64,000 bases of DNA, taken from Candidatus Omnitrophota bacterium. Lineage in GTDB: Bacteria; Omnitrophota; Gorgyraeia; 2-01-FULL-45-10. The notes beneath the pieces were generated by a model. It was not told where the DNA came from, made no database searches, and was given only the letters and a program-made list of their open reading frames with translations. Positions within the stretch are counted from its first letter, which is position 1. The number at the start of each line of letters is the position of its first letter. Positions 19,891 to 29,338 of this stretch are shown piece after piece. The DNA lies in contig CAIMPC010000063.1 of NCBI GenBank assembly GCA_903843285.1, forward strand, positions 4,627 through 68,626. The letters run 5' to 3'. The translations under genes were made by a program, and so were the position numbers.

Positions 19891-21081
19891 CTACTTTACA
19901 CCCATCTTCTCTCTTATCCTGCGCGTCTTCTCCTGCGAAAGCCTGATAAGATCCTCTGCCTTAAATAGTTCCTTATCGTTGGTATCCACCACTATCGCCC
20001 TCTCGGTACAGCAATAGCAAGGATCTATTGCGGCCATTATTATGGTCGCATCGGACACGGTTTCGCCCACAACGGTCTCTCTGAATGTCGGAAAGTTCAT
20101 GTAGGTCGGGGCGCGTATCTTATGGCGGACCGGTGAATTTGAGCCATCGCATTTTACATAATGGAAACATTCGCCCCGCGGCGCCTCTATCACTCCTATG
20201 CCCTCACCCGGAGGTATATCCTTAGGCTTCGCATCTATAGGCCCCTCCGCCATCTGGTCCAGGCACTGTCTGACGATACTTGCGGATTCAAACATCTCAA
20301 GCACCCTCACCACGGTCTTGGCGAAGACATCGCCTTCTTTCTGCGTAATTACATTCCACTTAACCTTCCTGTAGACACCATATGGATGATCGCGCCTTGC
20401 GTCTATATCTACTCCTGAGGCCCTTGCCACCGGTCCAAGCGCCGAATATTCTATAGCGGCCTCTTTAGTCAATATTCCTACGCCTTTCAGGCGCGCATGC
20501 AGTACTGGATCGTCGAGAATAGCGCCTTTAAGCATATCGAGTTGCTTTAAAAACTCGTCCAACCTGCTTAAGATGTAGGCGACGTGCTCTTTTTCTATAT
20601 CGCGCCTGACTCCGCCTACTTTATGCATAGCATAGTTCTGACGATTACCTGTGATGGTCTCCATTATGTCGCAAATCGGCTCTCTGTACTTCCATCCCCA
20701 CATGAAAACGGTATTGTAGCCAATGAAGTGGCCTGCCAGTCCGAGCCATAACATATGCGAATGTATCCTCTCGAGCTCCTGCGTAATGGTCCTTATATAC
20801 AGCGCCCTCTCGGGAACCTCAATACCGCATATATCCTCTATCGCCTCGACGCATGCTATAGGGTGGCTCGAAGAACATATCCCGCATATCCTCTCCACGA
20901 TAAAAAGCGACTGGTCAAAGCTCTTAGACTCGGATATTTTTTCGATTCCCCTATGGTTATAGCCAATCCTGACATCGACATCCACGACCTTCTCTCCCTC
21001 TACTATCAGCTTCCAAAACTCAGGCTCCTCCTGCAGAGGGTGATATGGCCCTATAGGTATAATTGATTTCTTATCGCTCAT
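19891..21081 (-). CDS. group 4 [NiFe]-hydrogenase large (catalytic) subunit, NuoD/EchE/MbhL-like
   Basis: 396 aa. It carries IPIGPYHPLQEEP...GYNHRGIEK, the L1 motif RICGICSSSH, EAPRGE, and the C-terminal DPCYCCTER (DPCxxCxxR) followed by a ~35-aa extension. Confidence 0.85.
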   Translation of the reverse strand: MSDKKSIIPIGPYHPLQEEPEFWKLIVEGEKVVDVDVRIGYNHRGIEKISESKSFDQSLFIVERICGICSSSHPIACVEAIEDICGIEVPERALYIRTITQELERIHSHMLWLGLAGHFIGYNTVFMWGWKYREPICDIMETITGNRQNYAMHKVGGVRRDIEKEHVAYILSRLDEFLKQLDMLKGAILDDPVLHARLKGVGILTKEAAIEYSALGPVARASGVDIDARRDHPYGVYRKVKWNVITQKEGDVFAKTVVRVLEMFESASIVRQCLDQMAEGPIDAKPKDIPPGEGIGVIEAPRGECFHYVKCDGSNSPVRHKIRAPTYMNFPTFRETVVGETVSDATIIMAAIDPCYCCTERAIVVDTNDKELFKAEDLIRLSQEKTRRIREKMGVK

Positions 21082-21545
21082 TCTTTCCTCGAATCTCTCT
21101 TAGGCACAATGAAACTTTTTCTCATGGGATAGACATCCTGAGGCCAGTCATCCGGCAGGAGGAGCCGTCTCATATCTTGATTGCCTTCAAAGTTCACTCC
21201 AAAGAGCTCGTGTATCTCCCTCTCTATCCACCATGCCGCCTTCATGACATGAGTAACGGTATCTATAGACGGGTTATCTTTATCGTTCAGCATCGTCCTC
21301 ACCGATACTATTAATCCGGACGGATCGTATGCGAAATGATACAGTATCTCTATCTTATCGAAGTCATCTACGGCGCTCGCTATATTAAACCTGAGGCCCA
21401 AGTCTTTAAACATATATCTGACGACCTCCACTATATCTCTGGGATAGATCTCCACATATGCTCTCCTGGACGATTTCTTCTCAACCTTAAGAACCTTATC
21501 ACCGAATCGGTCATTGATCTTTTTTAATACTTCATCCATCATCAT
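21078..21545 (-). CDS. NuoC-like (30 kDa) subunit
   Basis: 155 aa complex I 30-kDa family protein, overlapping the large subunit by 4 nt. Confidence 0.8.
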   Translation of the reverse strand: MMMDEVLKKINDRFGDKVLKVEKKSSRRAYVEIYPRDIVEVVRYMFKDLGLRFNIASAVDDFDKIEILYHFAYDPSGLIVSVRTMLNDKDNPSIDTVTHVMKAAWWIEREIHELFGVNFEGNQDMRRLLLPDDWPQDVYPMRKSFIVPKRDSRKE

Positions 21546-21979
21546 GATCTGATATCCTTCCCGGCCCTTACTTTACCGACCAGTTTTACCAGGGCCGCAA
21601 TAGTGGCCTCGGGCTTAGGCGGGCATCCCGGTATATATGCATCCACCGGTATTATCTCGTCCAGCGGGGCAAGCGTATTATAACTGTCTTTAAATAACCC
21701 GCGCGAGCATCCACATGCCCCATACACCACGACAAAACCCGGTTTCGGCATAGTCTCGTACAGTTTCTTTATTATCGGCACCGCCAACCTGTTGCAGGAT
21801 CCGGTGCATAGCATAATATCCGCATGTTTAATGCTTCCCACCAACACCAGGCCGAAACGCTCCAGATCGAAGCGCGGGGTAAGGGCATCGAGTATTTCTA
21901 TATCGCAGTTGTTACAGCTACCGCTCGATACGTGAAATATGTTTATCGATCTTGTCAGTACGAATTCTCTTAATCCCAT
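21542..21979 (-). CDS. [NiFe]-hydrogenase small subunit, NuoB-like (20 kDa)
   Basis: 145 aa with CNNCDIE...C...GCPP, the cysteines for the proximal [4Fe-4S] cluster. Confidence 0.85.
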   Translation of the reverse strand: MGLREFVLTRSINIFHVSSGSCNNCDIEILDALTPRFDLERFGLVLVGSIKHADIMLCTGSCNRLAVPIIKKLYETMPKPGFVVVYGACGCSRGLFKDSYNTLAPLDEIIPVDAYIPGCPPKPEATIAALVKLVGKVRAGKDIRS

Positions 21980-21980
21980 T

Positions 21981-22919
21981 CTATCTTCCCAAGTATGCTA
22001 AGGCTAATGACAATAACGCCAAGACTGTCACAACTCCCCAGAAGAACTTCATCGCCTGGTCGATACGTACGCGCGGATTTGTATTTTTTACCACTATCAT
22101 TAATATCAGGATCAATAGGTACTCTATCATGGCCTTTACGAGGCCATCAAGGCTTAATTTAATTCCTCCGAAGTACAGGGTTATTAAAAAGACGGGTATT
22201 ACGAATAAGAGCACGGCCCTGGCCAATTTAAATATCGCAAGCGCCTTCCCTGAATATTCAATATACGCCCCCGCCATTATCTCAGTCTCAGCCTCCGGCA
22301 TATCGAACGGCACAAAGCCAAGCTTCGCCTGAATACATATCAACATAACGAAGAAAGATATGCCTCCCGATGGGTTCATGAATATATCGCCATGTGATCT
22401 TTGGTACATTATGATATCGCCCAACCTTATCGCGCACCCACACTTCATTATCACAACTATAAGCGCAAGTATGAACGGCAGTTCGTATGACAGCATGAGC
22501 TTCATCTCTCTCGAAGAGCCAAGCGATGCCAGAGAGTTTGCGGATGCAAAGCCCCCGAGTATCAGAGCGACCGCCGGGATCAGCAGAAGATAGACGACCA
22601 CGATAACATCGCCGATGAAACCGGTGCGCGGAGAACCATTAATAAGAAAGAGTATCGTAGACACAAGGGTTGCGCTCGTAAGAGCTAATACCGGCATCCC
22701 CAGGAACATGGCCCCGGAGACACCGCTGGGTATGAGCGTCTCTTTGTATAAGGCCAGTTTGATCAGGTCTAAAAAGTTCTGATACCATGGCGGCCCGACT
22801 CTCCATTGAAGCCTGGCCGTGACCTTCCTGTCGATCCATCCGACTAAAAGCCCCATCGATCCGGAGAATAAAAGCCCCGGAAATATTAGGAATGCAAATA
22901 TGTATAATAGCGCCGTCAT
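21981..22919 (-). CDS. NuoH/HycD/MbhM-like membrane subunit
   Basis: 312 aa polytopic membrane protein of the complex I subunit 1 family. Confidence 0.8.
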   Translation of the reverse strand: MTALLYIFAFLIFPGLLFSGSMGLLVGWIDRKVTARLQWRVGPPWYQNFLDLIKLALYKETLIPSGVSGAMFLGMPVLALTSATLVSTILFLINGSPRTGFIGDVIVVVYLLLIPAVALILGGFASANSLASLGSSREMKLMLSYELPFILALIVVIMKCGCAIRLGDIIMYQRSHGDIFMNPSGGISFFVMLICIQAKLGFVPFDMPEAETEIMAGAYIEYSGKALAIFKLARAVLLFVIPVFLITLYFGGIKLSLDGLVKAMIEYLLILILMIVVKNTNPRVRIDQAMKFFWGVVTVLALLSLALAYLGR

Positions 22920-22937
22920 GTTATGCTTACTTTCTAT

Positions 22938-23441
22938 CTATCTCTTTTTTGGAAGCTCCAATATCCTGTCCCATTTGTATTTGGTCTTTATTAGAAGATA
23001 CTCCGATGCCCTAAATATACCCTCGTCTTTATTTTCATCGAATTCCCCAAATTTTATGCCCCCATGACTGCAGAACCCTAAACATACAGGGGTCTCTTCC
23101 CCCTTAATTCTTCCCAGACAATAGTCGCAGCATGCCGTCACAAGCGGTATCGTTTCAGGATATATCACGCCGAACGGGCACGCCCTCGAACATGATTTGC
23201 AGGAGGTACAGCGCATCGTGTATCGCTTTAGCGCATTATTCTCTTTAATGAGCTCCAGGGCCTCCCATGGGCATGAGGCGACACATGGCGCGTCATCGCA
23301 CCTTCGGCACACTACGGCGAAATGCGCAAATTCGCGCAGACTGGTTATGCCGTTGTTGTTCGGATGTTGTATATAACTGCATAACATCCCGCACTCTTCG
23401 CAGGCCGAACAGACATCGAGGTCTATAAGTAATCTTTTCAT
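22938..23441 (-). CDS. polyferredoxin, CooF/HycB-like electron-transfer subunit
   Basis: 167 aa with four Cys clusters (CSACEEC, CRRCDDAPCVASCP, CTSCKSCSRACP and CCDYC...C...C). Confidence 0.7.
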   Translation of the reverse strand: MKRLLIDLDVCSACEECGMLCSYIQHPNNNGITSLREFAHFAVVCRRCDDAPCVASCPWEALELIKENNALKRYTMRCTSCKSCSRACPFGVIYPETIPLVTACCDYCLGRIKGEETPVCLGFCSHGGIKFGEFDENKDEGIFRASEYLLIKTKYKWDRILELPKKR

Positions 23442-23445
23442 GTCA

Positions 23446-24276
23446 TCAGTCCCAAATATTGGGCAAATCTTTTATCTTATCGTAAGGGAATACCGGGCCA
23501 TCTTTACAGGCATAATAGGGCCCTATCCTGCAATGACCGCATTTACCGATCCCGCACGACATATTCTTCTCCATCGAGAGATATATCTGATCTTCTTTAA
23601 AACCCAGGTCCATAAGTTTAAATGTTGCAAACTTCATCATAATAGGAGGCCCGCACACTATCGAGACAGCATTATTTACGTCGAGTCCTTCCGTCTTCAA
23701 TATCGTGGTGACCAGCCCTACGTGTCCGCTCCATGAAGCATCTCCCACGTCGCACGATACTAAAACATCTACATGATCGGCCCGGTCCTTCCAGGTACCT
23801 ATCTCATCCTTATAGACTATATCGCCGCTAGAGCGCGCGCCATATCTAAGTATTATCTTCTTATAATCGTTCACTTCGTTAAAGAGCGCGTATAGCAATG
23901 CCCTGAGAGGGGCAAGTCCGACGCCTCCGCCGACTATAAAAACTTCTTTGCCTTTAAATAGATCGAGCGGATATTTTGTTCCATACGGTCCGCGCAGACC
24001 CACGGTATCTCCCGGCTTCAGCTGGTGAATGAGCTTAGTAACGCGTCCTGCGCTCATTATGGTGAAATCGAGCGTACCTTTATGGTCATGGTTAGACGAA
24101 GGAGTGAACGGCGCTTCACCCACGCCCGGCAGGGTCACATCCATGAACTGACCGGCCCTGAAAGAGATATCCTCGCTGGGTTTCAGCGTAAATGTCTTTA
24201 TGTTGGAGGTCTCTTCGGCTACCTTCAGGACTTCCGCGTTAATAAAAGCATATGGATTTTTTTTACAATTAATCAT
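23446..24276 (-). CDS. FAD/NAD(P)-binding oxidoreductase with C-terminal [2Fe-2S] (HydG / AsrB / PyrK-like)
   Basis: 276 aa ferredoxin-reductase fold with the C-terminal cluster CGIGKCGHCRIG...C. It overlaps the upstream gene by 8 nt. Confidence 0.75.
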   Translation of the reverse strand: MINCKKNPYAFINAEVLKVAEETSNIKTFTLKPSEDISFRAGQFMDVTLPGVGEAPFTPSSNHDHKGTLDFTIMSAGRVTKLIHQLKPGDTVGLRGPYGTKYPLDLFKGKEVFIVGGGVGLAPLRALLYALFNEVNDYKKIILRYGARSSGDIVYKDEIGTWKDRADHVDVLVSCDVGDASWSGHVGLVTTILKTEGLDVNNAVSIVCGPPIMMKFATFKLMDLGFKEDQIYLSMEKNMSCGIGKCGHCRIGPYYACKDGPVFPYDKIKDLPNIWD

Positions 24277-25318
24277 GCGGTGGCTTATTCCATCTTTCCA
24301 GTACCAGGCCCTTCAATACTTCCCTTATGTCTATATCTCCGGGGCATGCTTCAATGCACCTACCACAGCCGGTGCAGGCGAAATAGTTGAGCACCGCGGG
24401 AAAGAATTCAAACTTCTTATCGAACCTGTTGCGAAGCCGCTCATAAAGATGTTTTCGAGGGTTGTGGTTTCCGGCGACCCTGGCGAAAGTGTTATATAAG
24501 CAGGCGTCCCATGCCCTGAAGCGTTTTACCCCGGAGGCATCTTTCTCATCGAACAATAAGAAACAGTGGCATGTGGGACAAGCCAGGTTGCACGCCCCGC
24601 ACTCCACGCAGGTCGACGCCATAGCAGTCCAGAATTCGGTCCGGTCGTAATTCTTTTTAACCATGCCCTTAATCTTGGTAGTATTCGGAGTCTCTCTTTT
24701 ACTGATAAAACCTTCTATCTGTTTCGTAACCCTATCGCGAAGCGACTGCCTCACATCGATCGAATGGATCGGCACAAGCTTAAAGAATGTTCTGAAGTCA
24801 TCCACTATCTTTTGCCCTTTTGGGCTTCCCACCTCGACCAAGAAATAATTATCTACCGATGCTATAGATAAATCGAAAAACTTTCTGGGATACGGAGCAC
24901 CTTCCATCGCCATACAGAAACAAGTCTCCTTGGCATAAGTGCAATCTGCGGCAATTATCGTCGTATTCTTTCTGCTCTGGACATAAAAAGGATCCTCGAC
25001 ATCGCCATCCTGAAATACAAAGTCCTGCAGGACAAGGCTCGATAGATCGCAGCCTTTTACTCCGGCCACAATGAGCGGACGCCTGTCTGTCGGATCGGTT
25101 CCGATCATCCTCTCTCTAACCGGGCTTATGAACGATTTAAACGGTTGGCTCTGTCTGATACCACCCAGTTCTATGCTATCTTCTTTGGCAGAGTTAAAAT
25201 CATCGAAAAATAATTTATCACCATTCAAATAAGGCACAACCACTCTACTGCTTATAGCGAGTCTGCCGAATAAGTCGAATAAGTCTTTCTTTGATATGAT
25301 ATAAGTATTATTTTGCAT
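24269..25318 (-). CDS. 4Fe-4S dicluster protein, HydB / AsrA-like (hydrogenase beta-type subunit)
   Basis: 349 aa with CVECGACNLACPTCHCF and a second Cys cluster CTGCGRCIEACP. It is the first gene after the internal promoter. Confidence 0.7.
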   Translation of the reverse strand: MQNNTYIISKKDLFDLFGRLAISSRVVVPYLNGDKLFFDDFNSAKEDSIELGGIRQSQPFKSFISPVRERMIGTDPTDRRPLIVAGVKGCDLSSLVLQDFVFQDGDVEDPFYVQSRKNTTIIAADCTYAKETCFCMAMEGAPYPRKFFDLSIASVDNYFLVEVGSPKGQKIVDDFRTFFKLVPIHSIDVRQSLRDRVTKQIEGFISKRETPNTTKIKGMVKKNYDRTEFWTAMASTCVECGACNLACPTCHCFLLFDEKDASGVKRFRAWDACLYNTFARVAGNHNPRKHLYERLRNRFDKKFEFFPAVLNYFACTGCGRCIEACPGDIDIREVLKGLVLERWNKPPHD

Positions 25319-25343
25319 ATGTAAGTTATATGGTGGAGGCTAC

Positions 25344-25373
25344 ATTTTAACTCTCGGATGGGACTTCAGTCAA
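25344..25373 (-). promoter_or_regulatory. candidate internal promoter TTGACT-N18-TAAAAT in front of the hydrogenase structural genes
   Basis: On the minus strand, TTGACT (fwd 25368-25373) and TAAAAT (fwd 25344-25349), in the 55-bp gap between hypE and the hydB-like gene. Confidence 0.3.
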
Positions 25374-26408
25374 CTAACAAATCCTGGGAAGCTGATCGCC
25401 TGAAAGCATACCCAGTATCCGCTTGCCGCCAGAAACGGTTTCCAGAATAACTCTTCCGGGGTTATCCTCAGTTACTCTACCGATAGTTCTACTGCCGCGG
25501 CCAACCTTTTCGGAACGCATCGCTTTCAAAATGTCCTTCTCAGCCCCTTTCGCGGCTATTATAATAACCCTGCCCTCGCAGGCGAGATACAACGGATCGA
25601 GGCCGAGAAGCTCACAGGCCTGCCTCACGCCCTCTCGCGCAGGCACTACCGCCTCATCCACTACGATACCGAATTTTGCCGGCGAGGCTATCTCATTAAG
25701 TGTTGTCGCAACGCCGCCTCTGGTGGGGTCGCGCATAAAACGGACCTCTTTCGAGGAGCGCAGCACCTTGCGAATCATTCCGTAGAGAGGCGCGGAATCG
25801 CTCTTCACTAAAGTATCGAATGCTATTCCCTCCCGCTTCGAAATAACACTGATCGCATGGTCACCTATAGGTCCGCTGACGATCACGCAATCACCCGCCA
25901 TTAAATTATTTACCGAGAGATCATCATAATAGACCTCTCCTATCCCGCTTGTGTTAATAAATATCTTGTCACATGCCCCCCGCTCGACAACTTTGGTATC
26001 GCCTGTGACTATTTGAACCTCTGCTGTGGAGGCGGCCCTCGCCATCGAATCTACTATCCGATCCAGCACGCTTCTATCCAGGCCTTCCTCTATGACTGCG
26101 CCGACGGATATGTAAAGAGGCCTGGCGCCGCATACAGACAGATCGTTAACTGTCCCATAAAGTGCAAGGCTTCCGATGTCACCACCGGGAAAAAATATAG
26201 GCTTCACCACATATGAGTCCGTGGTAAACGCTATCTTTTTATCTCCGATCTTTATGATTGCGGAATCCTTCTTTTGATTCAATATGGGATTTGAAAATCG
26301 TTTTAGAAATACGGAATCGATCAGCTTATGCATCTGGCTTCCGCCGCTTCCGTCCGCCATGGTTATATTAGTCATTTTAAATATTTCCGTATTTGTAATA
26401 AGCCGCAC
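25374..26408 (-). CDS. hypE: hydrogenase maturation factor HypE
   Basis: 344 aa AIR-synthase-like protein ending in PRIC. Confidence 0.9.
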   Translation of the reverse strand: MRLITNTEIFKMTNITMADGSGGSQMHKLIDSVFLKRFSNPILNQKKDSAIIKIGDKKIAFTTDSYVVKPIFFPGGDIGSLALYGTVNDLSVCGARPLYISVGAVIEEGLDRSVLDRIVDSMARAASTAEVQIVTGDTKVVERGACDKIFINTSGIGEVYYDDLSVNNLMAGDCVIVSGPIGDHAISVISKREGIAFDTLVKSDSAPLYGMIRKVLRSSKEVRFMRDPTRGGVATTLNEIASPAKFGIVVDEAVVPAREGVRQACELLGLDPLYLACEGRVIIIAAKGAEKDILKAMRSEKVGRGSRTIGRVTEDNPGRVILETVSGGKRILGMLSGDQLPRIC

Positions 26409-27459
26409 ACGTTCCTTCGCCCGAGACCATGCACGAACCGACCGGACGCTCCGGGGTGCACCTATTGCCGAATAATTTGCACTCGTCGGGTCTTTTCATG
26501 CCCCTAAGAACCATTCCGCAAATGCACGCTTTATTCTCTAGGGCAGGGGCCAATTTAACTTTAAATCTCAATGCGGCGTCGAAGTCCGAAAATTCTCTTC
26601 TTATCCTCAGTCCGCTTCGGGCTATTCTTCCGATACCTCTCCATTCGGCAGGACTTTCTTCAAAAACCCTATTCACGATCTTTCGCGCCAGCGGGTTCCC
26701 TTTTGAATCGATAACTCTTCTATACTGCACTTCTACCCTGGGCGAAGATTGCCTCAATAGCATGAGTATCGACTGCAATATATCGATAGGTTCAAACCCG
26801 GCCACAACAGCTCCGATTCCATACTTTTTGGAAATAAATCCGTACGGCTTCGTGCCTATTATTGCGCTTACATGCCCCGGCAGAAGAAACCCATCGATAA
26901 GATTATCGCCGGATGAGGCTATAGATTCAAGCGCCGCAGGCATTGTCTTATGCGCAGATAAAACGGAGTAGTTGGCTATACCCTCTCTCTTTGCTTCGAG
27001 TATCGATGCCGCCACGGTGGGGACTGTCGTCTCAAAACCGACCCCGAGAAAAACCACCTGCTTATCCGGGTTTCTTCCGGCAATATCTATGGCATCGTCC
27101 GTCGAGTAAACTATCTTTATTTCTCTGCCGCTGGCCCTCTCTTTTTCAAGGCTCGAGCGCGATCCGGGCACACGCATCATATCCCCAAATGTCGCAATAA
27201 TAACGTTGGGCAGTTTCGCTATCGCGATGGCGCGATCCAGATAACCATTCGGAGTAACGCACACAGGGCATCCCGGACCGGAGAGCAATTTTATATTTGC
27301 GGGCAATAGACTGCGCAAACCGAACTTAAAGATCGCCATCGTATGCGTCCCGCACACTTCCATGTACCTGTATTCAAAACGCTCATCCACTGACCTACGT
27401 ATCTGTTCGGCCAGCTTTTTGGTAAGGGTGAGGCTTCTGAATTCGTCTATGTATTTCAT
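26377..27459 (-). CDS. hypD: hydrogenase maturation factor HypD
   Basis: 360 aa with GPGCPVCVTP and CGTHTMAI motifs. Confidence 0.9.
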   Translation of the reverse strand: MKYIDEFRSLTLTKKLAEQIRRSVDERFEYRYMEVCGTHTMAIFKFGLRSLLPANIKLLSGPGCPVCVTPNGYLDRAIAIAKLPNVIIATFGDMMRVPGSRSSLEKERASGREIKIVYSTDDAIDIAGRNPDKQVVFLGVGFETTVPTVAASILEAKREGIANYSVLSAHKTMPAALESIASSGDNLIDGFLLPGHVSAIIGTKPYGFISKKYGIGAVVAGFEPIDILQSILMLLRQSSPRVEVQYRRVIDSKGNPLARKIVNRVFEESPAEWRGIGRIARSGLRIRREFSDFDAALRFKVKLAPALENKACICGMVLRGMKRPDECKLFGNRCTPERPVGSCMVSGEGTCAAYYKYGNI

Positions 27460-29126
27460 TTCTTTTCTAAGGTCATAGGATTGAACCTATTCTTTGCAAA
27501 TATATACCAGGCCGCGCATGATACAAATCCTTTCGAAGAGTCTACCCACTCATAACCGCCCGTCTTGTTAACGGTGTAAGGTAACGCCCTGGTTCTCCTG
27601 GAGGATATATTCCTATCGAACAATAATTTATCCATCTGATTTGCATAAAAGTATCCGCGCCCGGAATCACCATAAGCCATATATGCGCACGCCATGTGAC
27701 CGTTACCGTCCACCCAGATATTATTTACCTCTATATCCGGGCCATGAAAAAAACCCACAACCTTTTCATCCAGAATATCCAATGTCTTTCTGTACCTTAA
27801 GTCATACTCCGGTATATTAAGTAGATCTTTATATTCTTCACCCATCGCCAGCACTCGCCATGAATAGTTATCTAATGCCAGGGCCGGGCCCTTAACATTC
27901 GCATCTATCCACCCCTTAATCTTCGCGGCATATTCGTCTTCTTTGCATAGCCTCATCGCCGCATAGCAGTCAATATTAGCCTCCGGATGCCCATAGCCTT
28001 CGTGAAGCTTCTCATCGTTGTTACGCCAGCCATGCTGTATGTAGCCGCCGGGCTTATCGTCTTTATAATAGAAGGTTAAAAGATCTCTTATAAGCTTTAT
28101 TATCGTGTCATACCTGTCGGACTTATACTCTTTCTGGTAGTATTTATAGGCTATTAAAAGCCAGGCCATGTCTCCTATCCATCTGTCTGTACCCGCCGGA
28201 GCGTGATAAGCCTTTACCGGACCGGTATCATTCAATAACACCGATTGATAGAAACCGCGCGGCGAGCCTTTATAAAAGAAGTTCTGCAATGTCGGATCGT
28301 CATTGTTTACCCGTGTGGCATTCGCATAAAAATCCAATATTCGCTCTGCCCTTTCTCGCTCGCCTTTCAGAATGAATGCTATCGCTACGATACTGTTATT
28401 AAACGTCTGGGCAATATTATCTTCCATTGAGGATACGAGGGCCTTATCGCCTGATGATGTATCCTGCATGGCTTTCAGATATTCCAGCACCAGCGGGTCT
28501 TCCGCTATAAGCTCGGCGTCGCGCCTGGGCCTGAAACCATTACCCGGCAATTCCCTGTCCGGGTCCAGGACCGCTCCGCCCATACCGAAGCTCGCCTCGT
28601 CACCCGGTGTGCCGGGGCCGATCTCATCTATCATTACACTACCGCTTCCTCTGCCTGATATCGCAATCTCAAAGGTCACTATCTGATCTAATTTATCATC
28701 GCCGCCCCACCAATGGTCCGCATTATAAGAATATATGACGACTTTGGTCCATTCAGTGTACCTTTTAAGAGGAACCTTCTTTCCGAAGATAGAGCCGTCG
28801 ACGTCTATGAACTTCATTTCTATATCGCCGGCCCCGCCTGCTTTTATATAAAATTCTATCGGATCATTCTCGGTTATCCTGCCGGCCACAACTTTGGCGA
28901 GCGAAACCCATCCGGAATTTTCCTTAAGCATGTAATTTATCTCTAATGCCTGCGCCTGCCTGCCATCAAACGGTTTCACCGTAACCCAGCAACCATCGGC
29001 GGCATTGGTCGACCACTGGGACACATCGTTCCACAGCTCGGCAGATTCGCCGGCTATTGAAACGAACGACAAAATGGCCGTCAGACAGAAGATCGTTATT
29101 ATGCCTATTGATATTTTCACGCGCAT
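27456..29126 (-). CDS. secreted hypothetical protein; N-terminal CBM-like beta domain plus alpha/alpha-toroid-like domain
   Basis: 556 aa with a signal peptide (MRVKISIGIITIFCLTAILSFVSIAG). Its stop overlaps the hypD start by 4 nt (ATGA). The function call is weak. Confidence 0.45.
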   Translation of the reverse strand: MRVKISIGIITIFCLTAILSFVSIAGESAELWNDVSQWSTNAADGCWVTVKPFDGRQAQALEINYMLKENSGWVSLAKVVAGRITENDPIEFYIKAGGAGDIEMKFIDVDGSIFGKKVPLKRYTEWTKVVIYSYNADHWWGGDDKLDQIVTFEIAISGRGSGSVMIDEIGPGTPGDEASFGMGGAVLDPDRELPGNGFRPRRDAELIAEDPLVLEYLKAMQDTSSGDKALVSSMEDNIAQTFNNSIVAIAFILKGERERAERILDFYANATRVNNDDPTLQNFFYKGSPRGFYQSVLLNDTGPVKAYHAPAGTDRWIGDMAWLLIAYKYYQKEYKSDRYDTIIKLIRDLLTFYYKDDKPGGYIQHGWRNNDEKLHEGYGHPEANIDCYAAMRLCKEDEYAAKIKGWIDANVKGPALALDNYSWRVLAMGEEYKDLLNIPEYDLRYRKTLDILDEKVVGFFHGPDIEVNNIWVDGNGHMACAYMAYGDSGRGYFYANQMDKLLFDRNISSRRTRALPYTVNKTGGYEWVDSSKGFVSCAAWYIFAKNRFNPMTLEKK

Positions 29127-29131
29127 CCTAT

Positions 29132-29338
29132 CTATATATCCTTCGCCAGTTCGATGGTTTTTTTTGCTTCATCGGGTTTAATCTTAGCTATCGCGAAACC
29201 GGCATGCAAAAGAATATAGTCTCCCAATTTTACATTTTTAAGCAGCGTAAAATTCACTTTACGCTTAAGGCCCATCGACTCCACCACACCATTATTCCCG
29301 TCGATCTCAATAACCTTCATAGGTATAGCTAAGCACAT
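29132..29338 (-). CDS. hypC: hydrogenase maturation factor HypC
   Basis: 68 aa starting MCLAIPMKV. Confidence 0.85.
   Translation of the reverse strand: MCLAIPMKVIEIDGNNGVVESMGLKRKVNFTLLKNVKLGDYILLHAGFAIAKIKPDEAKKTIELAKDI

Noticed and set aside
19891-21081. Possibility that the large subunit is an Mbx/Mbs-type (sulfane-reducing) or a complex-I NuoD rather than a hydrogenase.
   Set aside because: Both Ni-binding pairs, RxCGxCxxxH and DPCxxCxxR, are intact, with a C-terminal extension for endopeptidase cleavage. A dedicated HycI-like protease and hypCDEF are also present. These features are absent or degenerate in Mbx/Mbs and in NuoD.
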